A DNA stretch of 64,000 nucleotides from Pelagomonas calceolata (taxonomy: Eukaryota): the NCBI GenBank assembly GCA_918797485.1, contig CAKKNE010000006.1, positions 1,426,001 to 1,490,000 on the forward strand, in the 5' to 3' direction. Positions 1 to 9,715 of this stretch are shown piece after piece. Both the position numbers and the translations under genes were made by a program. A model generated the notes under the pieces. The model was not told where the DNA came from, did no database searches, and saw only the letters and a list, made by a program, of their open reading frames with translations. Positions within the stretch are counted from its first letter, which is position 1. The number at the start of each line of letters is the position of its first letter.

Positions 1-58
1 CTGCAACCCCGATCTCGCATCGCTTGCACGGTGACACATCACTGCAGTACTGGACGCG

Positions 59-2104
59 ATGCCAACACCACTACTCCTCCTCGCCCTGCAAGCCGCGGCC
101 CTGCTCGCGCCACTGCCGACGCGCAGGATAACGCGCTTGCAAGCCGCGAGCACGCGCCGCCGAGGCCTGCACCGGTCGCCGGATTTAGAGCAGGACGGCT
201 ATTTAGGAGTTGGAGACGGCCACGAGATCTACTATCAGGTAAAGACGCTCAAAAAGAAGTTTGGAGAACCGTTACCCACAGCGCTCTGGCTCCACGGCGG
301 CCCCGGCGCGGGCTGCTATCCGAACCACGCCCGCTTCTTCGACCCCGAGAAGTGGAGAGTAGTGTTGTTGGATCAAAGAGGCTGCGGCAAGTCGAAATAC
401 ACCGGAGAGTGCTGGGATGCTAATGACACGCCGCGCTTAGTCCATGATCTCGAGTTACTGCGGGCGCACCTCAACGTCACGACATGGGACTGCGTCCAGG
501 GCGGCTCCTGGGGCTCGACGCTCGCCTTAGCCTATGCCCAGTCCCACCCTTCTTCAGTGAGATCCCTCGTGCTGCGGGGCGTGTGTTTGATGCGACCCCT
601 CGAGATCGACTGGTTATTTTCACCGAACGGCGGCGCCGCGTCGTTGGCTCCGAAAGGTTTCGAAGCGTTTCGGAAGCACGTTTCACTAGAAGAGGGCTGC
701 GATGAGAGAGCCGTGCTGCACGCCTACTACGAGCGGTTTGCAGATCCGAAGACGCGGGACGCCGCAGCAAGAGCGTGGGCTAGCTGGGAGGGCGCCGCGT
801 CGTCGATCTCGCGACGGAGCGGCGTCGCCACCTTCTCTAAAGGGGAGTGGGCTTTTGAACATTCACCAGAGTATCAGGAGTACATGGCGAATAGAACGCG
901 CGACAAGGTCGCTTCACTAGCGAATCGGACGCAGTCGGAGGACTACTTCAACGGGACGACCGTGCCCGAGCTAGGGTCGACCGTCGATAAAGCGCTCCCA
1001 AAGCCAAAACGCCAGCCGGCCCAACAAATGCTCACGTGTGCGTATTCCGTGAAGAACGGCTTCCTGCATGAGGACTCGATACTCGGTTCGATCGACAAGA
1101 TAAGGGACATCCCCTGCATCGCGGTCCAGGGTTCAAATGATCCGATCTGCCCGCCGCGGACGGCGTATGATCTCCATAAGGCCTGGCCGGAGATGGAACT
1201 GGTGCTCGTGGCGGGCGGCGGCCACTCGCAGTACGACCCGGACGTGCAGCACGAACTGTTGGAGGCCACCGATAGGATGCACGGGAGGCTCGCCCCGCCG
1301 GCGCCGACGCCAAAGCGCGGCGGAGGACGCCCGTCGACGCGACTCTACGCGACGGCCCGCGACGACGACTTCTCAGCTCTGACGGCGACGAAAACGCGGT
1401 TCGTCCTCGTGCAGACGCGCCATCCGGGAAACGTCGGGGCGGCGGCGAGGGCGCTCTTGACGATGGGCTTCGACGAACTGGTTTTGGTTGACCCCGCGGA
1501 CCGCAAGATCCTAAATAGGCAGAAGGCTATTGATGGAGCGAGCGGCGCCCGCGGCATCCTAGAGAAGGCAAAAATCGAAGACAGCCTCGCCGCCGCTCTC
1601 GAAGGTTTTGATTTGCGTTGCGCGACCGGCATGCCAACGGACATGGCCCGGTCCCGCTCGACACGAGTCTTCCGCGAGCCCCGAGAATACTTCCAAGAGA
1701 TTGGCGAAGTCGGCTCCGTCGCGTTCGTCTTCGGCAACGAGCGCCTGGGCTTGGCCGAGGAGGACATGGCGCTCTGCGACGTCGTCCTAGGGATCCCGAC
1801 GAACCCCGACTTCGGGTCGCTCAACCTGGCGTCGGCCGTCCAGCTCGTCGCCTACGACTGGCGGCAGGCGCTGGGCGGGTTTCCCTCGCGACAGCGCGGC
1901 GGAGGACGCCCGTCGACGCGCCTCTACGCGTCACCTATTGACGATGACCCCGCCGCGCCCGAAGACCTCGAGACGCGAGCGCCGGCTCCGCCCGACACCA
2001 TCCTCGCCTGGCGCGAGAGCGCCCAGCACCGCATGGAGGAGCCCATGGCCGTCCCCACGGAGTCCCTCACGTTCACGGAGGTGGGCGAGGTGACGGTGAG
2101 CTAG
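59..2104 (+). CDS. Fusion of proline iminopeptidase (alpha/beta hydrolase, S33) and TrmJ/LasT-type SPOUT RNA methyltransferase, with predicted plastid presequence
   Basis: PIP motifs HGGPG, DQRGCGKS, GGSWGSTLALAYAQ, QGxxDxICP, GGHS. SPOUT motifs FVLVQTRHPGNVGAAARA, FVFGNERLGL, IPTNPDFGSLNLASAV. Hydrophobic N-terminus followed by an R/S/T-rich stretch. Confidence 0.85.
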   Translation: MPTPLLLLALQAAALLAPLPTRRITRLQAASTRRRGLHRSPDLEQDGYLGVGDGHEIYYQVKTLKKKFGEPLPTALWLHGGPGAGCYPNHARFFDPEKWRVVLLDQRGCGKSKYTGECWDANDTPRLVHDLELLRAHLNVTTWDCVQGGSWGSTLALAYAQSHPSSVRSLVLRGVCLMRPLEIDWLFSPNGGAASLAPKGFEAFRKHVSLEEGCDERAVLHAYYERFADPKTRDAAARAWASWEGAASSISRRSGVATFSKGEWAFEHSPEYQEYMANRTRDKVASLANRTQSEDYFNGTTVPELGSTVDKALPKPKRQPAQQMLTCAYSVKNGFLHEDSILGSIDKIRDIPCIAVQGSNDPICPPRTAYDLHKAWPEMELVLVAGGGHSQYDPDVQHELLEATDRMHGRLAPPAPTPKRGGGRPSTRLYATARDDDFSALTATKTRFVLVQTRHPGNVGAAARALLTMGFDELVLVDPADRKILNRQKAIDGASGARGILEKAKIEDSLAAALEGFDLRCATGMPTDMARSRSTRVFREPREYFQEIGEVGSVAFVFGNERLGLAEEDMALCDVVLGIPTNPDFGSLNLASAVQLVAYDWRQALGGFPSRQRGGGRPSTRLYASPIDDDPAAPEDLETRAPAPPDTILAWRESAQHRMEEPMAVPTESLTFTEVGEVTVS

Positions 2105-2245
2105 TAGCCTAAGTTGTATGTGTAGTTACACGAGCGGGCGAAATAGGCGATCTTGTCGTCGACGACTTCGTCGACGGCCTTCATGACCTTGTGGAAGCCG
2201 TGCCTGTGGGTGTACCGCTCGCGGCGCCTCATCACTTGAGACTAG

Positions 2246-2303
2246 TGACCGATACGCGATTCGAACGCGTAACCTTCAGGACTGGAATCTGACGCGCTGC
2301 CGT
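2246..2303 (-). pseudogene. 5'-truncated tRNA-Trp(CCA) fragment
   Basis: Minus strand ACGGCAGCGCG-TCAGA-TTCCAGT-CCTGA-AGGTT-ACGCG-TTCGAAT-CGCGT-ATCGGTC-A: part of the D arm, anticodon CCA, a perfect T arm and the 3' acceptor strand. The first ~14 nt and an oligo-T terminator are missing. Confidence 0.8.
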
Positions 2304-2305
2304 AG

Positions 2306-3073
2306 GCGAAGATTTTGGTCGCGGAGGCCGAGGGGAATAATTTTCGGGGCCAAATGATGGATGAGAGGTTTGAACGGTTTGACTCGTGCAGTCTGTGCGA
2401 GCAAAAGTACCACGGGGTTGTTTCGTGTGCGCTCGGGTGGGCGTGCTGGAAGACGTACGTGGGGCGACCGGAGGAGCACGGAGTTCGGATAGCCGCGATG
2501 AGGCTCCTTGGGAACGGTTTATACGAGGCAAGACACCATCAGGACGCATTGTCCGTGAAAGAGACCGAGTTGTCTATGCTGCGGCGCCTTGGCGCTCCAG
2601 AAACCATTATTCTCGCTGCGCAGGGCAATCTCGCGAACACGTATGCTCAAGTTGGACGGCTTGAACAGGCCTCACAGATGGAACGAGCTATATACCGCGG
2701 ACGTCTGAAGCTCAATGGCGAGGAACATGAAATGACTGCCGTAGCAGCCATCAACTATGCGTCGTCCCTTATTTTACTCAAGCGCTTTAGAGAAGCCAAA
2801 TCTCTACTGAGCAAGGCGACGCCAGTAGCGCGGCGCGCTCTCGGAGAAAATCATATACGGACGTTAGAACTGAGATGGAATTACGCCACGACGCTCCAAC
2901 ATGACGATGACGCCACGCTCGACGATCTCCGTGAGGCCGTGACGAAGCTGGAGGAGATTGAACCGATCGTTCGACGCGTGCTCGGCGGCGCGCACCCGAC
3001 CACAACGGGGATTGAAGACAATTTACGAATGGCGCGAGCCAAGCTTCTCAGGCTCGCGCAGAGTAAGAATTAA
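2306..3073 (+). CDS. TPR (kinesin-light-chain-type) repeat protein, 5'-truncated or a spliced 3' exon
   Basis: TPR-like repeats (NLANTYAQVGRLEQA, LGENHIRTL, LGGAHPTT) after CSLCEQKYHG. The frame opens directly after TAG at 2303-2305. Confidence 0.7.
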   Translation, partial: AKILVAEAEGNNFRGQMMDERFERFDSCSLCEQKYHGVVSCALGWACWKTYVGRPEEHGVRIAAMRLLGNGLYEARHHQDALSVKETELSMLRRLGAPETIILAAQGNLANTYAQVGRLEQASQMERAIYRGRLKLNGEEHEMTAVAAINYASSLILLKRFREAKSLLSKATPVARRALGENHIRTLELRWNYATTLQHDDDATLDDLREAVTKLEEIEPIVRRVLGGAHPTTTGIEDNLRMARAKLLRLAQSKN

Positions 3074-3074
3074 A

Positions 3075-3755
3075 CTACAGAAACTTACACCCACTCCTCC
3101 GAAACAGCGCCGCCTGGCCGACACGCTCCTCGCCCTGGTACACGTTCCAGACGTACGCGTCGCGCACCTCGAAGCGCCTGCCCGACGACGAGATGCGCAC
3201 GCCGCAGTAGTCGTCGACGTAGCCGTCCTCCGTGACCCTTCTCAATAGCTCGGCGCGCGCCTCGCGCTCGTCGGGTTCCGCGCTGAAGCGGGATGGGGTG
3301 GAGGTGAACGTCTCCCAGTCCATCTCCCACAGATCCAACGCCGCCTTCGACGCGTAATTAAACACGGGATCCTCCGCGCCGTCGTGCGAGACCACCACCA
3401 GATCGTCGGACGAGGCGACCGTCGAGCACTGGGCCGGCGACGCGTCGGGCGCCGGCAGGATGGCCGTGCCCGAGCACTTGCGCAGGCTCGAATCCAAGAG
3501 CCGCAGCCACTCGTGGTGCCAGAGGTTCGACGCGGCCGGCGGCCCGCCGGCCGTGAGGCGCCGCGCCGTCGAGTCCATTTGTTCAGGCTCGGCCGGCGAC
3601 TCCATCGCATTCAGATACGAGTCGGCCTTCCAGCAGCAGCCCTTGCGGCCGCCGAACTGGCCGCCCTCGCTGCCGCGGCGGACAGTGGTCGGTGCGACTG
3701 GTCGCCGCGGCGACACGAGCGCGGCGGCTACCTTTAGCAGCAGGAGAACCCGCAT
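3075..3755 (-). CDS. MEKHLA (PAS-like) domain protein with signal/transit peptide
   Basis: VVSH..DPVFNYAS.AAL.LWEMDW..FT.TPSR.SAE....R..LL..V...GY.DDY.GVRISSSGRRF.V.DA.VWN matches the MEKHLA signature. Confidence 0.85.
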   Translation of the reverse strand: MRVLLLLKVAAALVSPRRPVAPTTVRRGSEGGQFGGRKGCCWKADSYLNAMESPAEPEQMDSTARRLTAGGPPAASNLWHHEWLRLLDSSLRKCSGTAILPAPDASPAQCSTVASSDDLVVVSHDGAEDPVFNYASKAALDLWEMDWETFTSTPSRFSAEPDEREARAELLRRVTEDGYVDDYCGVRISSSGRRFEVRDAYVWNVYQGEERVGQAALFRRSGCKFL

Positions 3756-3944
3756 TTATGCGTCGTCTCGCTGCTTACGAGCTCTGACAGCTTGTGGAGT
3801 GCAGGAGAGCTGGAGGCCTAGCGCAGCCGGCACAACGGATGAATGCAAGGCGGCCTGCGCGCTGGCACAGGCAACGTGGCGCCTCTTTATCACGCCCAGC
3901 TCGCTGTTATGAGCACAAATGCGCCGTGAAATGCACCCCAGGGT

Positions 3945-3970
3945 GCTTGCTAGTGTCTTACAGTCGCTAG
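3945..3970. promoter_or_regulatory. Recurrent upstream motif GCTAGTGYCTTACA-N3-4-GCTAG (one of at least 7 copies)
   Basis: Near-identical copies at 8119-8140, 11158-11184, 16803-16826, 22450-22471, 25518-25544 and 49596-49622, all upstream of start codons. Confidence 0.6.
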
Positions 3971-4138
3971 GTCAGCTTGCGGAGCAGAGGAGCGTCGCTG
4001 GGAGCACAGCGCTGCTTTTAAGCACTCAATAAGCTGCCAGTGCTGTCATCGCTCTCACTGATCCAGTCGCATCACTGCCGCTCGCCCCACATCATGACTA
4101 GCCACAGCACCTAACACAGCACCTAACACAGCACTGGC

Positions 4139-6985
4139 ATGGCAGAGGACAACATCCCGCCGACGCCGCCCGGCTTCCGCCCGCCGCCGCCCTGGGCCTT
4201 TGGTGGCGCACCAGCACAAAACTACTACGCGCCGCCGGCGCCGCCCGCGGAGAACGGCGAGCTTCAGCGGCTCCGGGCCGAGAACGCAAGCCTCAGACAA
4301 CAACAACAAAGCGGCGACGACGTCGAGAGCCGGCTGCGAGGCGAGTACCAGGACGTGATTGCGCAGTCGATGAGTAGGATAAAAAAGCTGCGAACGCAGA
4401 TCAAGGAGATGAGGGGCGAGCGCGACGCGGCGGTCGCCGAGTGCGACGCGCTGCGCAAGCGCAACGCCGCCCTGGAAACGGCGGCGGCAGCCACGAAGAA
4501 GAAACCCGCCGCGCGGAAACCGAAAGCCAAGCCGCCGCCGCCGCCCCCTACGCCAATCATCGCCGACGCGCCGCCGCCGGCGTCGACGCGGCGCGCCGGC
4601 GGCGTGCGCGTCGCGGCCGCGGCGCCGCGGCGGCCGCCGCCGGAGCTGGCTTTGGACGACGGGCTCGACGACGACATGGACGACGTGCTCGCGTCGTCGT
4701 CGGACGACGACGCCGCGGCGCCGGCGCCGCGCCGCGCGGCCGCCGAGAGCGGCGACTCGGACGACGACGGCGCGTCGGACGCGCGCTGCTCCGGGGCCGC
4801 GCCGTCGTCGCCGACGACGGTGGCCCAGTTCACGGCCACGCTCTACGAGATCCTGGGTGAGGACAAGTCGGAGGTGCACTGCCACTGGTCCGAAGACGGC
4901 GAGCGCGTCGTCTTCTTGGACTCGGACGCGTTCGCGCGCGACGTCTGCCCGCGCTACTTCCGCCACAGCAAGTGGACGAGCTTCTCGCGCATGCTGAACA
5001 TGTACGAGTTCCGCAAGATCTCGACGAGCCCGCGCAACGCCCGGTCCACGCGCCACGAGTTCGCCCACGAGTTCTTCACGCGCGACCGCAAGGATTTACT
5101 AAACCGCGTGCAGCGCAAGCGCCGCGCGTCGCCGTCGCGCAAGGAGCCCATGTCGCAGCAGTCCTCCGACGAGGACGACTTCGACGCGAAGTTTCCCGCG
5201 CGCAAGGGTGCGAAGCCACCGCCGCGCCGGCGCCGCGCCGTCGCCGAGAGCGACGACGACGAGGAGTCCGCTGATGCGGGCGGCGCCGAACGGCCGCCGC
5301 CGCGGAAGCGCCCCAAGCCGGACGCCGCCAAGCCGGAGCGGGAGGACGCGCAGGCCGTCGTGAAGAAACGGCTCGGCCTGAAGGGTGCCGCGGACGTCGC
5401 CGACGCGCACGCCTACTGTAGAGCTGTCCTGGCCGAGGACGCGGCGCCCGAAGCAGCTCTAGCCAAGCTCGCGCTCGGCGCGGCCTTCCGCGACCGGCGC
5501 TTCGCGCCCGTCGAGAAGAAGCAGCGGGACCACCAGCGGCGGCGCCACGCGAAGCAGGGCCAAGCCACGGAGACTCCGAAGCAGGAGGCGCGGCGCGTCG
5601 CGGCGGAGACGCGCGCCGCCTTTAGTACATGGACCGGGGCCCGTTTGTTAATAGAGCTGCTGGCGTGGGCGCGCGGCGTTGACGATGGCGGGAGAAAGGC
5701 CGCTTCATGTTTACTGGGTTTGTGTCGCATCGACTTGCACGCGCTCGCGTCGACGAACATTTTTGAGTTGCTGGCGAAGGCCGTGCTGTCGTGGGAGGCG
5801 TTCCGGTTCGCCCTGGACGAGGCGCAGCGGGCGGAGCTCGACGCGGCCGAGGCGTTCTGGGCCGCGAAGGCGCCGGCCGAGGCCTCCGACGTCGCGGTCG
5901 GCGCGTGCGGCGCGCTGTTCTTTTCTGCGACGTCTCCAAGAGACGCGCGGCGCCTGAGCTGTGAATTACTAAGACGGGGCGTCGACCGCGCGGCTATTAT
6001 TGAACAGGGCTGGCCGGCACCCCAAGAGGTTTCTGAGGATCGCGAGTGGGCCGCGGCCCGAGGCGATGGCAAGGATGTCCCGCGGTTGCTGGAAAAAGCT
6101 TTAGACGACGGCGACCTCCAGAAAGTGGCCGCTCTCGACCCGTCGCAGCTTGTTGAAATGTGTAGGGACAAGATACGAGACGTACCTGACATGATAGCGC
6201 GACGCGCGGCATGCATGAAGGCGGCGCCGGCGTTCCAGTTGATAAATCTGGATAGGAGCCCGGACCGGTTAGAACGGTTGCGCAAGCTCGCCCTCTTGCA
6301 CGGCTTAAATGTACAAAGGGTACAAGCCGTCGACGGCGCCTCGGATTTCATACCGGAGTGCGACGTCTGTAGATCATGGTCCAAGGAGGCGCGCGACATC
6401 AATACTAGGTACGACAGCCAGCGCGAGAAGCGGACCAAGGGCCCGCCGCCCGAACTGTCGCCGTCCGAACGGGCCATCGCCGCGTCGCATATTAAGTTAT
6501 GGCGCGCGTGTAGCGGTGATAGTATGACGTTCATCCTGGAGGACGACGTGGTCTTCGAGGCCGACTGTGCTTCTACAATAAAAGACCTCGTCGCCAAGGT
6601 GCCTATTCAATCGGCGTCTCTACTATTGCTGGGCTACTTCCACCGCGAAGAGAAGGATTTGTCGTTGGCCGACGAGACCGCGTTACTAGATTTCAAGCTG
6701 CCGCAGTACTTCTGGGGCGCCCACGCCTATGGGTTGACGGCCCCGGCCGCCAAAGTGCTCTTGAAACGGTTGCCCGTGGACTGCCCTATTGATGATTTTA
6801 TTGCCCAGGCCGTTAGGGAGGGCGTACTACACTGCTACGCGGCGCGCGCCAAGGTCGCGAAGCAGCGCACTCAAGATGTTTCGTTGGTGGTCCATTCTGG
6901 AAGGGCCAACCCCAACGTGACGCACAACCGGTCCAAAAAGATCTCCTACGATCATTGCGAGAGCTTGGGGGAGCGTGTATGTTGA
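4139..6985 (+). CDS. Coiled-coil + HSF DNA-binding domain + C-terminal glycosyltransferase family 25 domain (single ORF)
   Basis: HSF: LYEIL...WSEDGERVVFLD...VCPRYFRHSKWTSFSRMLNMYEFRK...EFAHEFF.RD.KDLL.RVQRK. GT25: INLDRSPDR, AVDG, SHIKLW, ILEDD, WGAHAY, PIDDF. Confidence 0.8.
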   Translation: MAEDNIPPTPPGFRPPPPWAFGGAPAQNYYAPPAPPAENGELQRLRAENASLRQQQQSGDDVESRLRGEYQDVIAQSMSRIKKLRTQIKEMRGERDAAVAECDALRKRNAALETAAAATKKKPAARKPKAKPPPPPPTPIIADAPPPASTRRAGGVRVAAAAPRRPPPELALDDGLDDDMDDVLASSSDDDAAAPAPRRAAAESGDSDDDGASDARCSGAAPSSPTTVAQFTATLYEILGEDKSEVHCHWSEDGERVVFLDSDAFARDVCPRYFRHSKWTSFSRMLNMYEFRKISTSPRNARSTRHEFAHEFFTRDRKDLLNRVQRKRRASPSRKEPMSQQSSDEDDFDAKFPARKGAKPPPRRRRAVAESDDDEESADAGGAERPPPRKRPKPDAAKPEREDAQAVVKKRLGLKGAADVADAHAYCRAVLAEDAAPEAALAKLALGAAFRDRRFAPVEKKQRDHQRRRHAKQGQATETPKQEARRVAAETRAAFSTWTGARLLIELLAWARGVDDGGRKAASCLLGLCRIDLHALASTNIFELLAKAVLSWEAFRFALDEAQRAELDAAEAFWAAKAPAEASDVAVGACGALFFSATSPRDARRLSCELLRRGVDRAAIIEQGWPAPQEVSEDREWAAARGDGKDVPRLLEKALDDGDLQKVAALDPSQLVEMCRDKIRDVPDMIARRAACMKAAPAFQLINLDRSPDRLERLRKLALLHGLNVQRVQAVDGASDFIPECDVCRSWSKEARDINTRYDSQREKRTKGPPPELSPSERAIAASHIKLWRACSGDSMTFILEDDVVFEADCASTIKDLVAKVPIQSASLLLLGYFHREEKDLSLADETALLDFKLPQYFWGAHAYGLTAPAAKVLLKRLPVDCPIDDFIAQAVREGVLHCYAARAKVAKQRTQDVSLVVHSGRANPNVTHNRSKKISYDHCESLGERVC

Positions 6986-6987
6986 AA

Positions 6988-7843
6988 CTATTCCTTATAT
7001 TCCTGGTAGCCGCCCGAGAGGCTCGAGGCGATCCTCTCGGCCGCCGCCGACAACGACAGACGCGCCCCATGCGTCGGCGCGTAGGTGCCGCAGTGGCCAC
7101 AACTTAGTTTGCACGCTTGCTGGGCCGTGCGGCCGTCCTCGCCGCGCACCTCGCACCTGTGCGCAATCACCCAGTGTGATTCAGCCGCGAATTTGATTTG
7201 TGCACTGCTTCGCACCGCGTTGGCGTAAATTCCGAGACCCAGTCGCAGTTTTTGGAAGGCTCGCCCGTCTTGTACCAGTCCTCGTCATCCTTATGCGGAC
7301 AGACCGTCGGTACTGCTGACGGTGCGTAGGGCGCCGCCGTCGGCGCGGCCGTCGGCAGGTCCGACGGCGCGGCCGTGGTCGGCTCGTAGGTCGGAATGCC
7401 AGACGGCACTGCCGTCGGCGCGAACGGGAAGCACTCTTCACCTGTGTGGAAATCAGAATTTTACGGCGCGTGCTGGATCGTCGCGTCAATCTCTACACGT
7501 CATCGACGCGACGCCTGCTCGATGGCGTGGCGATGCCGGTTCCTCACCGCTCGACCGAGCCAGGACGGCCGCGTCGTCGCCGAGAAATGACTTAGTGCAG
7601 AATTGTCGGGTACACCCGACGCACTGCCTGATTTCCACACAGCTCTTCACAGGCACGCGGGCACGCCTCCCGCGCGTCCCGCCCGTCGGCGCCGCGCACC
7701 GCACAGCGCGTCGGGATGAACTCGGCCACCCACGCGCAGTCCTTCCACGGCTCGTCCCCGTTCTTGACCCAGGTCGGGTCGTCGACGCACGTTTGGTCCT
7801 GACCGTAGGCCAAGGCGCACGTGATGAGAAGCGCGCGCCGCAT
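6988..7843 (-). CDS. Small secreted Cys-rich protein with two ShK-like repeats and a PT-rich linker (exons 7843-7651, 7441-7216, 7156-6988)
   Basis: Signal peptide, two C.DD..W.K.G.P.K.C.WV.EF.PTRC.VRG.DGR.A..AC...C repeats; removing both GT-AG introns keeps the frame. Confidence 0.75.
7442..7642. mobile_element. Introner element (non-autonomous DNA transposon forming an intron)
   Basis: Perfect 15-bp TIR CTGTGTGGAAATCAG / CTGATTTCCACACAG. 8-bp TSD CTCTTCAC at 7434-7441 and 7643-7650. Donor GT from the TSD, acceptor AG from the TIR. Confidence 0.9.
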
Positions 7844-8337
7844 CGCTATAATTTTTTTTATATCTGGCTTGTCAGTATGCGGCTGTGGTCCCTGTTTCCG
7901 GCGTTTTCTCCGACTGTGGTTCGTTTGCGTCCTTCACGGCATCATCATTAATGCCCTCACTCGTCTCAATAGCGCCTTCGCCGCGCGGTACCCTGCCAAC
8001 CACACCCACCTTAACCACACCCATGCCTGAGTTACTCAAGTAATTCCCCGGCAGTCGAGCGCTCGACGAGATGACTCGGCCGCGGCCGAAAGATCCATAG
8101 CGCTCGTTTCGATTTTTCCTAGTGTCTTACAAGACGCTAGCTAGCTCGGCGGCGGAATTCACGCGATTTCACGCGCTGGGATTGCACACTAAGGTATTTG
8201 GTGACAGACACGTCGCTCTGCCGAACGCCTCCAGCGATTCACCAAGCTCCCGCGCCGTCGAACAGCGCTGAAACCACAAACCCATCTGTGGTCCGCACGG
8301 AAGGCCGCGCTCAAACGCGACGTATAGTTAATAACCA

Positions 8338-9576
8338 ATGGCCGCGATCGCATCAGCGCTGCGCCTCGGCCAGCGCGCCACCGCCCGAGGCCGCCGCTTC
8401 CTCAACCTGCACGAGTACCAGAGCGCGCAGATCCTGGCTGCCGGCGGCGTCACCGTGCCCCGGGGCATCGCCGCCACCACCGTCGAGGAATGCGTCAAAG
8501 CCGCGGCACAATTGAAGGGAGACGAAGTCGTCATCAAGTCCCAGATTTTGGCGGGAGGAAGAGGTCTAGGAACGTTCACGAACGGCTTCCAGGGCGGCGT
8601 GCATGTCATCCCGAAGTCCAAAACCCAAGAATACGCCGAAAAGATGATCGGCCAGACGCTCGTGACCAAACAAAGCGGCCCGGAGGGCAAGCCCGTCAAT
8701 ACTGTATTGATGGCGGAGAAGATGGACTTGGTGAACGAGATGTACTTTGCTATATTGTTAGATAGGGCCTTCGGCGGTCCTGTGGTCATTGCCTGCGCGG
8801 AAGGAGGCACTTCTATTGAGGATCTCGCGGAGAAGTACCCGGAAAAAATAAAAAAGGTCCCTATTGATATTGTTGCTGGCATGACCGATCAGCAAGCGTC
8901 GGAGATTGTCGATGCGTTGGAGATCTCTGGTAGCAAACCTGCAGCCATAGAACAGGTCAAGGCCCTCTACGGCGTCTTCCGCGATAGTGATTGCACCATG
9001 GTCGAGGTGAATCCCCTCGCGGAGGACAGCAACGGTACTCTGATTGCCGCCGATGCCAAGTTAGGATTCGACGACAACACGGCCTTCCGCCAGAAAGATA
9101 TATTTGCCCAAAGGGACCACTCGCAGGAAGATCCTCGCGATGTGGCGGCCGAGAAGTGGGATTTGAACTACATTGGGTTAGATGGCTCGATTGGATGCAT
9201 GGTCAACGGCGCGGGCCTCGCGATGGCCACCATGGACATCATCCAGATGCACGGGGGCTCGCCGGCCAATTTCCTCGACGTGGGCGGTTCGGCCAAGAAG
9301 GAACAGATCGTCGAGGCCTTCAAGATCGTGACCACCGACCCTAATGTCAAAGCCATCCTCGTGAACATCTTTGGCGGGATCATGAAGTGCGACGTGATTG
9401 CGGCCGGTATTGTCGCTGGTGTCGAGGAAGTTGGGTTGCAGATTCCGCTGATTGTCAGACTGGAGGGCACGAACGTCGACGCGGGCAAGGACATTATTAG
9501 GAACTCGGGTCTGAACATCCTCGCGGCGGACGACTTGGACGACGCTGCCAAAAAAGCGGTGGCCGCGATCGCCTAG
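8338..9576 (+). CDS. sucC: Succinyl-CoA ligase beta subunit, mitochondrial
   Basis: LNLHEYQS, KSQILAGGRGLG, EVNPL, DAKLGFDDN, GCMVNGAGLAMATMD, PANFLDVGG, NIFGGIMKCD, RLEGTN; Arg-rich presequence. Confidence 0.97.
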   Translation: MAAIASALRLGQRATARGRRFLNLHEYQSAQILAAGGVTVPRGIAATTVEECVKAAAQLKGDEVVIKSQILAGGRGLGTFTNGFQGGVHVIPKSKTQEYAEKMIGQTLVTKQSGPEGKPVNTVLMAEKMDLVNEMYFAILLDRAFGGPVVIACAEGGTSIEDLAEKYPEKIKKVPIDIVAGMTDQQASEIVDALEISGSKPAAIEQVKALYGVFRDSDCTMVEVNPLAEDSNGTLIAADAKLGFDDNTAFRQKDIFAQRDHSQEDPRDVAAEKWDLNYIGLDGSIGCMVNGAGLAMATMDIIQMHGGSPANFLDVGGSAKKEQIVEAFKIVTTDPNVKAILVNIFGGIMKCDVIAAGIVAGVEEVGLQIPLIVRLEGTNVDAGKDIIRNSGLNILAADDLDDAAKKAVAAIA

Positions 9577-9715
9577 TTGCCCGGGGGTTATATATAAGCA
9601 CTAGCTTCGTCCACTTCTCCACGCCATCGAGCAGACGCAGCGCCAGGGGCATCGTCGCGTCGACGGCGTGGGGACTGGCGCGGGCAAATGGAGAGTCGTG
9701 GTAAAAACGCCTTAC

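Noticed and set aside
2180..2330. Permuted tRNA-Trp gene
   Set aside because: No 5' half (GACCGAT...) downstream or nearby, and no terminator; treated as a truncated fragment.
4103..4134. 12-bp tandem repeat CACAGCACCTAA x2.5
   Set aside because: Simple slippage repeat in a 5' UTR; not telomeric or CRISPR-like.
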